DNA of 64,000 nt from Hydrolagus colliei. Its lineage: Eukaryota. How positions within the stretch are numbered: the first letter of the stretch is position 1; each line of letters opens with the position of its first letter. The notes under the pieces were generated by a model. That model ran no database searches. It was not told the origin of the DNA and saw only the letters and a list, made by a program, of their open reading frames with translations. The stretch lies in assembly GCA_035084275.1 (NCBI GenBank), contig CM068757.1:2232001-2296000 (forward strand), given 5' to 3'. The position numbers and the translations under genes were made by a program. Below, one piece after another: positions 51,676 through 62,670 of the stretch.

Positions 51676-52061
51676 TCCTCCTGTCCATCCCCACTTTCCC
51701 TCTGCCAGTGAAGAACTCATAAACTGGCTTCATCTTTCAGATGGAAAGATGCGGATAGAGAGATTGGGGATTTATAGGAGAAGTAATTAACTCTTAGCTT
51801 AGACTATAAGATTTTCATGTGGTGAAATGAATTCTCAGTGGACTTAAGGTTAATGCAACACTTAAGATGTCATGTTGGACACACAATTCGGAGTTGATCT
51901 GTCATATTCTTTGAAAATATCACCTATTTTTTAACATTTTACTAAGTATTACATGGAAGCACAACACGTGGGCTGTAACATACACAATAGGAATTCAAAT
52001 TTAGAAAAGAAAATCTACAGTTGTTCATATAACAGCCATGGGTTCAAATAATCATTTGGAT

Positions 52062-52172
52062 TGTTTTTTTTAGGGATTATTATTAGGCTTTTTGGAGTGT
52101 GGAGTAAGGAGACTTGGGTTTTTCCCTGATCTTACTGGATAGTAAGGGTTTTGCCCTGATCTTACTGGATAG
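52062..52172 (-). mobile_element. SINE internal fragment ending in a ~31-bp tandem duplication
   Basis: GGGATTATTATTAGGC..GTGGAGTAAGGAGACTTG, then GGGTTTT.CCCTGATCTTACTGGATAG twice. Confidence 0.7.
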
Positions 52173-55100
52173 ACATACATTCACTGCTTGTCGATGCACA
52201 TGTGTAGATGACACTAGATATTGATTAAGGAAAAAAAACAATCTCTGTGAGAAGTTTTCCCCTTCCTTAGACTTTGAACATGGGTTCATTATGTGCCAGT
52301 CACTAACTACAGCAAAGCTTTAGCTACTTGACAATAATAGGCTGGGAAACCCATTCTAAATAAGTTAACATATTTGCTGAGCCAACAGGGAACAGTGATG
52401 AATGCATTTGCGAAAAGTATTTTGATGATAGGTCAAATGCCCTGAGGTGCCATTTTGAATGGATACACAGATTGTATAAAACTGTTTACAGAGCTGAAAG
52501 CTGCTTTTGAATGAGTTTTCTGGCCCGTTGCTGGTAACACCGTTATGTAGTTTATTTTTTGGAACAAAGAGACCAGATGCCAGGTTGTGAACTTTTGAAC
52601 AGTTTATAGTTGATCTGAATGACTTCTAAATGGGTGCACAAGCCGGACACTCTAGATAATTGCTGTGTCGTTACAGAAACAGCCGTTGAAAGTATTAAAT
52701 AGAAAAATAAAAGAAATTCTGGTAGAAGTCCTCATGAGAGGAACTAAAGACTAAAGAGACTCAAAAGCCTCAGGACCATATTCTCAGATGTACTCATGCA
52801 CTTCTTGGAATCTGATGAGGGGCTGGTCTTCTCGTTAGATTACTGCAACCGCACTCTCGATGTGCAACTTGAAGCTATTTCAAACAAAAATCTCCCGTGG
52901 ACTTTTCTATTAGTAGGATTGCATCTATTCATCAGGTAATGCCTGCATTCCGAGTTGACAACAGCATTAACCCTCTCGGAGACATCAGTTGGAGAAGATG
53001 GCCAACAGATATCTTTAAATATGGCTTATTTCAGAGAATAAAATGACTCCTAAATTCATCGTTAGCCTGGTGAGCTGCAGATCACTTTGTCTGTAATGGT
53101 AATTTAACGACGCTCAAAGTCTGGTTTGAATGCACCTATTTGCGTTGCTGCCCTTCGTTCCTCTCCCCTCCACTGACGGATCGCAATAAACAAGATGATT
53201 CTGTTTTTCTGCTCCAGTGATGATCACGAAAATAATACAACCATTTGTGTTAAGCTTGCTCTCTTTATTGTTTTCACAGATCCCATAATTGTCTTGTTGG
53301 CAGAATGTACAGATGTTAATGGCGAGTGTTGCCATGGTTATGCCAGATTCTAAACACATCTCCCCACTTTAATTACAAAGTGAGGTCGTAATTATATTTA
53401 TCAGGAAACACATCTGCAATAGTGTCTCAGTCACAGAGGGAGGAATTGTTCTCTACCCCTCCCCTCACTTCTGAGTCAACAGGAAAAAAAACAACCTCCA
53501 GAGTGCCTTAACCTTCCAATTAATATTCAGAATTCTTGTGAATTGAGTAGGAGCATTTGAGCATTTGATTTGGTTAGAGGAGTGGGGGTGTTGTGAAAAT
53601 TTCTGATTCTGGAAAGATTTGTCTTTCAGGACAGCGGAACAGGCAGTTTTATTCATCTCATTAGCTGTGAAATGATGCACCAATTTCCGCATTCTAATCT
53701 CGGTAATTGAATTGCGTCAAATCCGTTTGAGTCTCCGTCTTGTGGTGCTGCCAAGTATTCGACTGCATTAATATCTCAGAGTACAGGGCTGCAGCATGCG
53801 GCATTAAAATCTCAGGCATACTATTGTATTACTATACTTTGCTGGGCAGCACATTTTGTGTGTGCTACTTAAGCCAGCAATAGATTGTTCGTGCATAGGA
53901 ATATTGTCAGGATGAAAACATTTTTTTTTCAGGATGAAAAAAAAAGCACTCTAGTGTTTGTCTTTGGGAACGTGAATAGCATATGAGAGATTTGCAAGCC
54001 TGGAGACTTTACTTCTGGATGTGCAAATTTGATCAGCTGGCCGCCTGAAGACAAAAAAAAAAGTGGAGTCATCAACAAAAATAAGGACAATCATAAGATG
54101 CATTCGCTTCAGGTCTAATTTCGGTTGTGAATCCGCATTATTTTGTATCTGGTATGACTATATGCTGGATGCCAGCGCGTTGCTGGGTTTTCTAATCTGA
54201 ACCGCTCGACCTGGAAGGGAACTTTTGATTTATCTGTTTTTTCCAATTGTTCCTGGATGAAGTACAGCTAATTGACAGGGAATGGGTGCGTTGGAAGGGA
54301 CTGCGTGGGTTGGAATATTGTCCTTTCATTTCATATAATTCAGTGTCAATCAGCAAGAGACAGCACTTAGGCAAAATTGTCCAACTGGCTTTGAAGAGAT
54401 ATCCAAATCCAAGGTAGAGTTGGAGGTATACACATTCTCTCAAACTCGTCAGCAAAATCCCTAATGGGTGGGGTGATATGATCAGGTTAAAAACTATCCG
54501 TACTATTAGTCATTATTTAATTGTAAAATACTGATATAGATGTAGAATTAAATTGGAATAGAACCATATTTTTAAGGTGTATTTCCGAGGAATGGACTGA
54601 ATAGACTATGTCATGCCTATCATAAACTGTTGCATACCCAAAACACACCAACTAAGGAAGGAGGGAGAGGACAGAGATGCTGGAATACAGATACTGCTGA
54701 TATGTATGAGCTGACGATGAAAATTACATTAAATATTTGGGTATTATCCTAAAGGGAGAAACTGGCAAAATATTGAGCAAAATTCTTTGGGCATTTGCAA
54801 TTATTCTGACGATGACATTAATTAATGATGTTCACCGTATTGTTTTGTTGGTTTAACAATAATTTGACGATGGTTGGAAACTGTGCAGCGAAGCTGTAAA
54901 CTGCATGCATTGGAAGTAAATGTGGTCCGGATGCAATGTGGCAATATGGGGCATTTGGCGTCTTGGCACAGGGCAGTTATTTGTGAGAGAATCAATTGCA
55001 TTGATCTTTTCTTCAAGTGGGAAAGTTTTCCTTTAAGCCGCAATCCAGTTAAGGCGGCTTATTAGTGTTATTGATGCCTAGTGTGTACTGCCTTTGTTGC

Positions 55101-56935
55101 ATTGATCTGAGTATAAGAATTTTGCTGATTCAACATGAAAACCGTACTGTATAAATTTGGCCGCAAATGTGTGAACAAGAAGCGATTTTGCTGAAGCACA
55201 GGAGATGTTGGTATTTCATTGGGGAGGAAAATTTTACCAGGATATTAATTTGCATAAATTTGAAGCCTAATATGAATCAATTTAGCCTCTGCTCAAAATT
55301 GAACTTTAAAGTTCACGAAAGGCCCAGTGTGACATCCCAAACCTCTTGAAGGACCATTTTCATTTTCTAATTACATTTATTTTCTTTCACTCCAAAGGGT
55401 GCTGTTTCTCTTACTGAGCAATGGTTCTGAAGGCAACAACTCCCCTCCTTGTCATGAAGACGTGTTTGCAATATTCAACTCTGAAATTCACTTCTTTGTC
55501 ATTCCCAAGTTGCGTATTCAAATATGAAACTAGACAGTGAGTGTTGTCAAGTTGTCTTTAACAATTGGAGGTATCGCTCTGTAGCCTGATTTGAGTCCTC
55601 GTCTGAAATCAGCATGACCACTTGCATGTAATGCTTGTGCAGCACTCTCCTCTGTTGCTTTTGAGAATGATTGGGGAAGACATTTAGAAATCTAAGCTCC
55701 TTTCTCTAAATTGCTCCCTCAATGAGCGTTGCTTCCAGCGGTGTAAACTTAGCATACCAAATATTGCAACCTGCCTCAATGACATTTTGGAAGCACGTAA
55801 GTAGCCTAACCTTTCTTTGCAAGGAACCTAACAATATTAGCGACATCCACAATCTCATGAACCGTTTTAAGGTTTTTTTGCTTACCCAAATTAAACCCAA
55901 GTCAAGCACCCCAGTGGTACTTGCTTTCCATTGTAATATACAATAAGGCAACAGGCACGTATAACAAAACCTTTGCAAATCTATAGTTAAGTAAAACTCA
56001 GTCATCTCCAGGACTAAGTGGTAGACAATGATTGCACACAACAGCTTTCGGATACCAGACTATTATTTCTCTCTATGTAGGGCATTGTTGGATTTTGGCT
56101 GCTTCAGGTCACTGAATCTTTCTTGCTTTTGGGCACAATTATCATAGCTGTCTTGAAATGAAGCAAATGTATCAAAAATTAGGTGAAAGCTCTATCTGAT
56201 TTGACATGTCCCCGGCTTTCAGGGAAATATCGTAGAGACTTAATACTCCTGAGTGGTCATAGGAGGAGAACATCTGTACCGTGTAGCATTGTAATTATTT
56301 ATATTACATTTATAACAATTCCATTTAATGTTTTATTAAAACATACTCTTTAAGTGGGGGCAAAGATCTGACTGTGCTTCAACCTACTTTCCACGAAGCA
56401 TCCTGAACACGATCAGACCATTAAATATTTGGTTGATTAAATACATAGTGACAGTGTGTTTTACATTAGCTAAATTGCAACGACAACATTGAAATGCTGT
56501 TACAAATGTTTTTTTTTGTAATCTCAGCAGTAAATTTGCTGTCTTGCGTTTTCCCAATCATTGTTCCAACTCTACACATGATTTGTACATGTTATAATAT
56601 AGTCAATTGTTTGAATGGGTCAAAAAAAAATCCACTTCTGGTAACTAACTTCATTATTCATCCAGCAGTTTTCAATCATATTATTCCTGGCTGCTCTGAG
56701 AATCACAGGCGGTATCTTGAATGAATGCACGCACTAGTTTAATAGTTAAAGGTTACTCAGCATGTAATGTATTCCAGGTTCAATACAATGGAGGGAATTA
56801 GAGAGTGAGTTATTTTGCGCTGAGCTTGGGTTCAGATGTACTTGGAATAAATCTACTTGTTCCCACCATTTTGTTTGAGATGCATGACATTGTTAAGATT
56901 TAAAACAAATTCAGTAAACCACGTAACATAAAATC

Positions 56936-57038
56936 ATAATCCTTGCATTTGACATAGCGCCTTATCACGTCTTTGAGACTTCTCAAAGCGCTTCATAGAA
57001 TAAACTGTAAAGTTAAATGACTGTATATTTTGCGGGCG
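56936..57038 (-). mobile_element. Deu-SINE tail
   Basis: ATAATCCTTGCATTTGACATAGCGCCTTATCACGTCTTTGAGAC..GACTGTATATTTTGCGGGCG. Confidence 0.85.
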
Positions 57039-57308
57039 ATTAATGACCGTGTCTCCTGTATAACATTGCACTTTACTACAGTGTGATTGGAAAGTCAAAT
57101 GGGTAGATGAGTAAATTGCCCCAAGCTTCATAATTTCCATGTTTTACCCCACTTTTTCTAGGTGACATAAGATTTGGAAATAAAAAGCCTTCTTTTGGGG
57201 TCATATCATTCCACTATTTATGAAAAATTACACTGAATGTGGGATCATATGTCAGATTTTACTTCCAATGGTAAAATATTGAATGGGTGCTCAAACCTTG
57301 CACATAAA

Positions 57309-57637
57309 GTGGAGTTCAGTGGTCAGAGCACTTGCCTTACAAGCGTGAGACCTGTGTTCGAATCCAGGCAGGTCAAGGCGAAAGCTTGGGCAAGTTTCCT
57401 TACTCCACATGCCTAATAATAATCCCTCCAAAAACGAAACAGTAATAAAATTGGTCATTTCAATCCACGACTGTTTTGTGGGACACTGCTGTGCACAATT
57501 AGCTGCCGTGTTTCGCCCACAAAATATACAGTCAATTCACTTTACAGTTCATTCTGTGAAGTGCTTTGAGACGTCTAGAGGACGTGAAAAGCACTATATC
57601 AAATGCAAGGAATATTATCATTATTATTATTATTATA
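57309..57637 (+). mobile_element. Young tRNA-derived Deu-SINE, full length
   Basis: TCAGTGGTCAGAGCACTTGCCTTACAAGCG, GTTCGAATCC, Deu core and (ATT)n tail. Confidence 0.95.
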
Positions 57638-58344
57638 AATGGACCTAAGCATTTTCAGATGTTTCCTTATTGTGGGCCAACACAAGACTTGCTTGCAAAG
57701 TGTGGTGTCACTGATTCTGTGTGTTTTCCTTCCGGTCACTGTATTTCCAGGAGATTTTCGAATGATTAAGATGAACGTAGCTAATCTTAAATCCTGGAAG
57801 CAGTACCTTTCCGTCACCACAACCTCCTGGTATTTTTTCCCCCCTCCAACAAAGAGGACAATCTATTCTAATCATTTTGAATTAACACAGACTGACTGGG
57901 GGATTGGAATTTATGTCGTTTTATCTCACTCTGAAATGCCACAGTGACTGCCACTGTTGTTGGCCTGCCAACATGGCATTGTGTGGTATTCAAGCAGTGA
58001 ATGAGCCCAGTGTTTAATGTGCCCGAGAGCCAGAAAAACAGCAGTTGACATATCTGCAACCTTGTGGCCCGTTCCAAAGATTAAACACGCAAGACAATTG
58101 TACATTTTACATATGAACTTCTTTTAACTGAACAGGGCGATGCTTCACTTTCTTTGTATTAATGACGCTCCGGCGTTTTAAAAAGAAATCTTTGTTTCAG
58201 TCGGCAGATACCCCATTGTGAAGTGCATTCGAAGCAATCAACACCCGCTTGATAACAAGTGAGAACGTCATGGCAGGACATTTCCAATTCAGAGAGACTT
58301 GTTAATCCACCATTAATAATGGGCAGTTTATTATCTCGTTGACG

Positions 58345-58875
58345 TTTGGAGTTTATAATGGGTGAAATGTTAATCAGAGATTCCCCTGTGGAGGTGGATG
58401 TTCAACATCTATCCTCATGACGCTATTTGAGAAGAGAAGGAAGTTTCTCCAGTGTCCTGAGATTGGACGGCGCAAATTGGCTGCTGAGTTTACCGACACA
58501 TAATAATAATAATAAAAATAATAATCCTTGCATTTGAGATAGTGCTTTTCACGTCTTCTAGACGTCTCAAAGCACTTCACAGAATACACTGTAAAGTGAA
58601 TTGACTGTATATTTGTGGGCAAAATGCGGCAGCCAATTGCGTACAGCAGTGTGCCATAAACAATCATGGATTGAAATGGACCAATTTTATTCTTTTTTTG
58701 AGGGATTGTTATTAGGCGTGTGGAGTAAGGAAACTTGCTCAAGGTTTCACCCTGACCTGCCTGGATTTGAACACGGGTCTCACATTTGTATGGCGAGTGC
58801 TCTAACCACTGAGCTATAGGACTTGACAGCAGTTACCTGTGAAGCACATTGAGATGGTTCAATGTGATATATATA
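58345..58875 (+). mobile_element. Old Deu-SINE relic split by an antisense young SINE
   Basis: GGTGGATGTT..CATGACGCTATTTGAGAAGAG..TCTCCAGTGTCCTG..GCGCAAATTGGCTGCTG, resuming CTGTGAAGCACATTGAGATG after 58830. Confidence 0.7.
58501..58827 (-). mobile_element. Young tRNA-derived Deu-SINE, full length
   Basis: The minus strand reads GTCCTATAGCTCAGTGGTTAGAGCACTCGCC..GTTCAAATCC..Deu core..(ATT)n. Confidence 0.95.
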
Positions 58876-59883
58876 TTTTTTAAAAAGTCATTTATTTCTG
58901 ATATTTTGTAACATTTTACATTGCACGCCTTAGTAATCCCCAATTAATTCGTGCTTATTTTCTGGCACAAAATTGCATTAAAAGATTTCTACATTCCCTA
59001 TCGGAAAACTGGGTAAAAATACAACAGGAATCTGTCAACAGTAGTATTTTGAACAGAACAAGAAGGTGCTCGTGTTTCTGAACGTGCTGAATGAGTACTG
59101 CTGAGGAGGATTTAGTGTTTTTTATAAGTACGTGGTGTGACTTTCAATGATCCATAATCAAAGACCTCCGAATACCCAGAGAGCTGTGGCAAGAGACGGC
59201 ACGAGTAAAAACTGCCTCCTCCTGAATGTATGTAAGCTTCAAGAGCTTCATTACTTTAATGCATTTGCCCTGCTAGAGATGATGTATTCGTCAGAAATGA
59301 AGGGCTATGTAATGAAGGGTTTTTCTTCATACAGCGAATACCTCACTGATTGTGACTCAGCTGGCACAGTTCTGACTGGGTTGATGTTGAATCGAATCAT
59401 CGAATATGTCACTCTGCTGCAGAATAACGCCAATTTCTTTGTCTCTTAAGATCAAATGTAGCAGATGACTATTCAGGTGTATTTTTTGTGTGTAAAGGTA
59501 AATGGAACGTTGATGTGTGCGTGTGCATGTGTATGTGTGTGGGTTAACAAGATTATCCAGATGAATAATCTGGATACCATTCATCCTTTTGCCTCATATA
59601 GGTGTGTGTATCTGTTTGTCAGGGTTTTTTTTTCCCTTGCTGGTCCTCAAAGAAAAAGTTGAGAAAATAAAGCAGGCCCCACATACGTTTTTCTCGTCCC
59701 AACTGCAAACGTTTGCACGAATGTCTCCTTAATATTTTTGCCGGCAGGAGATGAATACAGAAGCTTGAGGTTTGGCTCAATGACTAAATCTCCAGAGTCA
59801 TGTTCATTGCAGATGTTTGCTGGTTTGGCCACTGCAGTATTGCAATGTGGGTGACTTAAAACAAGCGCAATTCTCCTTTGCAA

Positions 59884-60123
59884 ACAACAAACAACAGAAC
59901 GCAAAATACTACAGATGCTGGGAATCTGAAACAAAAACAGAAGTTGCTGGGGAAACTCAGCAGGTCAGGCAGCATCCATGGAGAAAGGAAAAGGAGTCAA
60001 CGTTTTGGGTCTACCATCCTTCAGTTCTGACGAAGGGTTGTAGACCCGAAACGTTGACTCCTTTTCCTTTCTCCATGGATGCTGCCTGACCTGCTGAGTT
60101 TCCCCAGTAACTTCTGGTTTTGT
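59884..60123. mobile_element. Palindromic non-autonomous element (Penelope-like inverted-repeat derivative) with a 13-bp TSD
   Basis: Arms ~59928-60022 and ~60032-60126 are near-perfect reverse complements. TTCTCCTTTGCAA occurs at 59871-59883 and 60124-60136. Confidence 0.85.
60023..60059 (+). ncRNA. Minimal type-I hammerhead ribozyme motif
   Basis: Stem I AGUU/GACU, core CUGACGA(A), stem II GGGU-UGUAG-ACCC, GAAA, loopless palindromic stem III ACGU and a GUU cleavage triplet. Confidence 0.7.
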
Positions 60124-60511
60124 TTCTCCTTTGCAAGCGCTCGTTCGCTTGAGGGTTTTCAAAGCTGCAAATAATGATGTCAACTCCGCCATTTTTCCAT
60201 CTGCAAGAAACTGCAAAAGACGTGTCCATCTGGTGCTACCAACCAATTCTGTTTAGCGATGTTGGAAGGTACTGAAATAAATGGACCCAGTGTCAATAAA
60301 CCCTTTGCAGGTTTTACTTGATTATTCCTTCAATATACAGTAATCTGTAACGTCACTCTGGCTTAACTTGTCACCACCACGTAAGTCATTGTGCTGCTAA
60401 TTTCCCTTCTGCAATTATTTATGTATTCATAATATGTGTCGAAACCGACTGTTTTTCACTTCCACACGGTTGGATACGGTAATATTACTGATTCCGTTTT
60501 ACAATGGATGT

Positions 60512-60566
60512 ACAACAGAGAAACCGGCCACTTGATCCAACTAGTCTGTGCCTGTGTTTATATTCT
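60512..60566 (-). mobile_element. CR1 LINE 3' terminal relic
   Basis: ACAACAGAGAAACCGGCCACTTGATCCAACTAGTCTGTGCCTGTGTTTAT resembles the reverse complement of CR1 3' ends (recalled consensus). Confidence 0.5.
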
Positions 60567-61214
60567 AGGACTCAGATATATTCTTGCTTAACCCAAATCC
60601 AAGCAAGATAGCAGTGCACTGTGCTGTTTTACAATCATTATTCAGAAGTCCGCAGGGATAGGGAGAAAGAGAGAGAGATGGTATAAATAAGTATTTTTAT
60701 GCTGTGCCTTCATTAAAGGGGAAATGCGTTTAGGGATGCCGAAATTTCGACCTTGAACCCCTGCAGAAAAGAATTTTTTTGTTACCTATGACATTTGATG
60801 GTTGACTGGAAGGGCAGCTACTGAAGGAACAGCAGATTTAATGGCAGAGCTTTAAATCAACCCCACACAAAAGTATGGCATGGAGAGTGCACAAATGGTG
60901 CGTTTCTGCAATCTGGAGCTTCAATTGCGCGAACGTTAGCTGTGAATAATTGGTGACTCAGGTTCGATCAGGTGGTGAAATTCTTCAGTTGATAGCGTTT
61001 AATGAAACTCTGGAACATGATGACTGGAATCAGTTCTCGGCCCAATTTATGCAATTACTAGATGCTCACAAATCTCAGGTAGATAAACTTCCATACGAGA
61101 ATCTCCGTCAAAATGTAGAAAGGGTGCAGAGTTCCCACTGGTCAAAGTGATTATCTTCCAGTTTTTGAGAAGAGCCCCCTTTCAAGTAGTTTGGAATCTT
61201 TATAACGATTAAAT

Positions 61215-61524
61215 GGGATGAGGCGGGGTTGACAGGTGGGATGGTGGCTGAATGCATGGTTGAAGAGGAGGATCTTGAGATTGGTCTTGAAGGAGGCAAG
61301 GGAGGGAGCAAGGCAAAGGGGTTGCGTGATGGAGTTCCAAAGCGTAGGGGCAGACAGATTGAATGCCCTGGCCACCAATAGTAAGGCGGGTTTGGCGGGA
61401 GATATGGAGCGGGCTGGATCCTGCTGAACGGAAGAAGCGGACAGGTTGATAGGGTGTCAGCAGGTCAGAGAGGTAGGAGGGGCAAGGCCTTGGAGGGCCT
61501 TGAAAGTGAGGAGGATATTGAATT
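61215..61524 (-). mobile_element. L2 ORF2 C-terminal fragment
   Basis: Minus frames read FEFNILLTFKALQGLAPP and ARAFNLSAPTLWNSITQPLCLAPSLASFKTNLKILLF. Confidence 0.9.
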
Positions 61525-62397
61525 CAAATAAATAGTGATATGATTGCCTGTAGGTGGGAATCTGTTTTTGATGTTTGTTTATCATCTGAATTTCATGCCA
61601 TTCAGTAAATGTATTAAAATTCCCAGACATTGACTCGAAACTTCTGATTTGTTGAAATTGTTTTGACACAGATAGATGACAGTTTTTAATTCCATTGTCT
61701 ATTTTATCTGTTTTCATCAGTGCTGCCTTTTGACAACCTGGTAGATTCTTATTTTTGGCCCTTATCTTATTGTCAATATATTGAGCTCTGTCTGTGCGAT
61801 TTTTCTCTTTATCTGATGAGTACCGGTAGCTAATTCTAGTCTGGCAAGTGTGCATGTTCCAATTTAATCTCTGCAAAGGAGGAAAGACAGTCTGTTGCAA
61901 GTGCAGATCCTTGTTAAATAATAGTAAAATAAAGGACAATTGTCCAAATTGTATTGTGAATCCAAATTAAATAACTTGCTTTCACCCTACATTGAGCATC
62001 AACATTTTCAAGAAGCGCTCGAGTAATATTGGTCGAAAAAGGGCTGTTTAAATTTGCAATCCTGTTCTTACGCAAGTAAATGGCATTTCAAAAAATGCTT
62101 TCAAACATTTCAAAAAAACACCAAAGTTATGCTAACCTGTTCTGCTATTCTGGAAGCATTTTTGCTTTTTTTTGAATACTGGGAGAACATTTGTAGATCT
62201 TGGCTTCTTTTCTACCATAGATTACATTCTGTTTGTTGCCCTTCTTTTCATAATTGAGCTCCAGCTCTCAAAAGCATTCTGCTCAAACATCTCAGATGTT
62301 TCTCTATTCGATATTATCCAAAATGCACTGAACATTACAATCATAGCCTCGGAAATGATCTACACCCCGACTGCCATGATCGTTCGCTGAGGGTCAC

Positions 62398-62670
62398 AAT
62401 AATAATAGTAATAGTCCTTGCATTTCATATAGCATCTTATCACGTATTGATAGACGTCTCAAGGTGCTTCACAGAATAACTAGAAAAGTGAATTGACTGT
62501 ATATTTGTGGGCGAAACGTGGCAACCAATTGCGCACAGCAGCGTCCCATGATAGTTGTGGATTGAAATGACCAATTTAATGTAGGTTTTTTGGGGGATGG
62601 ATTATTATTAGGCATGTGGAGTAAGGAAACTTGCCCAAGGTGTCATCCTGACCTGCCTGGATTTGAAACA
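62398..62670 (-). mobile_element. Young Deu-SINE, 5'-truncated
   Basis: Runs from the B box (minus strand GTTTCAAATCC) through the Deu core to the (ATT)n tail. Confidence 0.92.

Noticed and set aside
52812-52845. CTGATGAG plus hairpin as a hammerhead
   Set aside because: No GAAA..UH and no stem I.
59279-59349. C/D box snoRNA
   Set aside because: The C box is imperfect (ATGATGT), there is no terminal stem, and I see no recognisable rRNA guide.
59817-60246. Mirror ORFs sharing ETQQVRQHPWRKEKESTF on both strands
   Set aside because: This is an artefact of the DNA palindrome and not evidence of coding.
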